This document shows positions 63,301 to 64,000 of a stretch of DNA of 64,000 bases, piece after piece. Source of the stretch: a virus (Duplodnaviria > Heunggongvirae > Uroviricota > Caudoviricetes); the IMG/VR virus record IMGVR_UViG_2721755712_000001. One strand, given 5' to 3'. Both the position numbers and the translations under genes were made by a program. Positions within the stretch are counted from its first letter, which is position 1; each line of letters opens with the position of its first letter. The notes below the pieces were generated by a model. The model was not told the origin of the DNA. It searched no databases and was given only the letters and a program-made list of their open reading frames with translations.

Positions 63301-64000
63301 ATTCTGCACGGTTTTCCGACGCTTTCGCGTTCGTTTCGGATGTCTTCGCTGCGGAAGCAGACCTCGCTGCTGCGCTGGCCTGTTCAGTGGCTTGGCCAGC
63401 CTTCGTTGTGGCTGTTGAAGCAGACGATGCGGCACTTTCTGCCGATTTTCCGGCGGCGGTGGCACTGGCTGAGGCCTGCCCGGCACTTGTTGACGCGGCA
63501 CTGGCAGACGACGCAGCCGCTGTTTTTGAGCCTGCCGCAGCCGAGGCGCTCTGTCCCGCTGCCGTTTCAGAAGACCTGGCGTTCGTCTCGGACGTTTTTG
63601 CCGCCTTCGCGGAATTTCCTGCCGCCGTTGCCGAGGAAGCGGCATTACTGGCGCTCGAGGCTGCGCTCGTTTCTGATGATTTCGCTGCCTCTTTTGAGGC
63701 CGCCGCATCCCGGGCTGAGGTGGCAGCTTCTGACGCCTTCGTGGTCGCGGTGGATGCAGAAGTGGCTGCAGATTTTTGTGACGCTGCAGCATTCGTTTCA
63801 GATTTTTTCGCAGCAGTTGCACTCGCACTTGCGGCACTTTGTGAGGATGCCGCAGCGGATGCACTTTGAGACGCTTGAGAGGCTTTTTCTCCAGCGGCAT
63901 TGGCGCTTTTTGCTGCTGCGGCAGCACTGGCCGCCGCCTCACGAGCTTTGTCGCCAGCAGCATCAATCGCGTCAGTGTTATTTTTATACCACTCAACGTT
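60383..64000 (-). CDS. tail fibre protein, 5' end beyond window
   Basis: Frame stays open upstream of the track Met at 63049 (…AAESAATRAEAAADRAEEIAGAVA-MEDASLTTKGVVKLSS…); eight or more internal repeats GNAATATKLQTAR.I.GV.FDGSANINLPGVNT. Confidence 0.8.
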   Translation of the reverse strand, partial: NVEWYKNNTDAIDAAGDKAREAAASAAAAAKSANAAGEKASQASQSASAAASSQSAASASATAAKKSETNAAASQKSAATSASTATTKASEAATSARDAAASKEAAKSSETSAASSASNAASSATAAGNSAKAAKTSETNARSSETAAGQSASAAAGSKTAAASSASAASTSAGQASASATAAGKSAESAASSASTATTKAGQATEQASAAARSASAAKTSETNAKASENRAESSKTAAASSASSAASSASSASASKDEATRQASAAKGSATTASTKATEAAGSATAASQSKTAAESAATRAEAAADRAEEIAGAVAMEDASLTTKGVVKLSSAVDSTSESLAATPKAVKAANDNANSRVPSNRKVNGKALTADITLTPKDIGTLNSVTMSFSGGAGWFKLATVTMPQASSIVYIALIGGAGYNVGSPHQAGISELVLRAGNGNPKGITGALWKRTAVGLANFAWINTSGDTYDIYVEIGNYATSVNIHWDCTANASVSIYTSPTYSASKPSSVTDGVVYTMYSTHQKPTPLDIGALPTTGGTVSGPLSVTGGITGTLNGNASTATKLQTARSIGGVGFDGSANINLPGVNTTGNQNTTGNAATATKLQTARTIGGVSFDGTANINLPGVNTAGNQSTTGNAATATKLQTARTINGVKFDGSADITLTPANLDVYSKSEIDNKKGMRKYTFSAPANAVSGKWYPIVFRRSRGSTDELASRVVITTGSSVGGYAMNNCEFNGFVMPGGWSDRGSYAAGFFSIYSTAERAIHSIISSVKDDDLCSVFYVEARAFPIKIFAEEGLNVIVPTADYAVGQTTYKWGATDPLSESTNAQIILDFKNGRGYYCSHPFISSLSGNAATATKLQTARTIGGVAFDGSANINLPGVNTAGNQNTTGNAATATKLQTARNINGVKFDGSGDININTLVSRGRVTALSGSTQGTAGIQMYEAYSTSYPTTYGNVLHMKGASAAGEGELLIGWSGTSGAHAPVFIRSRRDTTDAAWSAWAQVYTSRDSIPGVNATGNQNTTGNAATATKLQTARKIAGVAFDGSADITLTAANLNAYTKTEVTNLLSSYVKSSALPSMTVRTSSISGGDMGMSLSTFISHLKSNGAFSKRYWIGFGDAMGFNAGSINNITGFGAVELAESIIEVFNLPNGDYTIRLTTSHKADYGGVTNAILVYHYRSNRSPSGQWLKFAGTVGATSN
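60900..62400. repeat. tandem degenerate 60-100 bp repeats inside tail fibre gene
   Basis: Repeated nucleotide blocks encoding the fibre repeat. Confidence 0.7.

Noticed and set aside
63013-63996. Arg/Pro-rich 327-aa minus-strand ORF and Ala/Asp-rich 231-aa plus-strand ORF (63174..63869)
   Set aside because: Extreme low-complexity composition; they are alternative frames of the repetitive 5' region of the tail fibre gene, whose true frame runs continuously into 60383..63049

Overview
This window reads as part of a large phage-plasmid, a virus that is also maintained as a low-copy plasmid. Almost all genes are on the minus strand. They include a nucleotide-metabolism block (nrdA, nrdB, thyA, DHFR, glutaredoxin, a P-loop kinase) and a replication/recombination block (DnaE-type polymerase, separate DnaQ-like exonuclease, DnaB-like helicase, primase, ligase, flap endonuclease, RNase H, SSB-like protein, RuvC-like resolvase, Rad50/Mre11-like pair, CobS/CobT-like pair). 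Plasmid-type functions sit alongside them: an iteron-flanked repA with DnaA boxes and a GATC cluster, ParA with a small partner, a GNAT/RHH toxin-antitoxin pair, a YafO-like toxin, and a tyrosine recombinase next to a lox-like palindrome. There are four minus-strand tRNAs (Ser, Thr, Tyr, Asn) interleaved with long hairpins, an IS21-family insertion of 1954 bp with a 5-bp target duplication splitting a gene, and a tail-fibre gene running off the 3' end. The most notable items are a 422-aa LAGLIDADG intein inside the RecA P-loop, an AT-rich single-gene island with an R-x4-H motif beside the tRNAs, and two families of conserved palindromic intergenic motifs. The gene content resembles SSU5/pHCM2/pMT1-type phage-plasmids, but that is from memory and unverified. 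All calls are from reading the sequence and ORF translations by eye; no searches were run.
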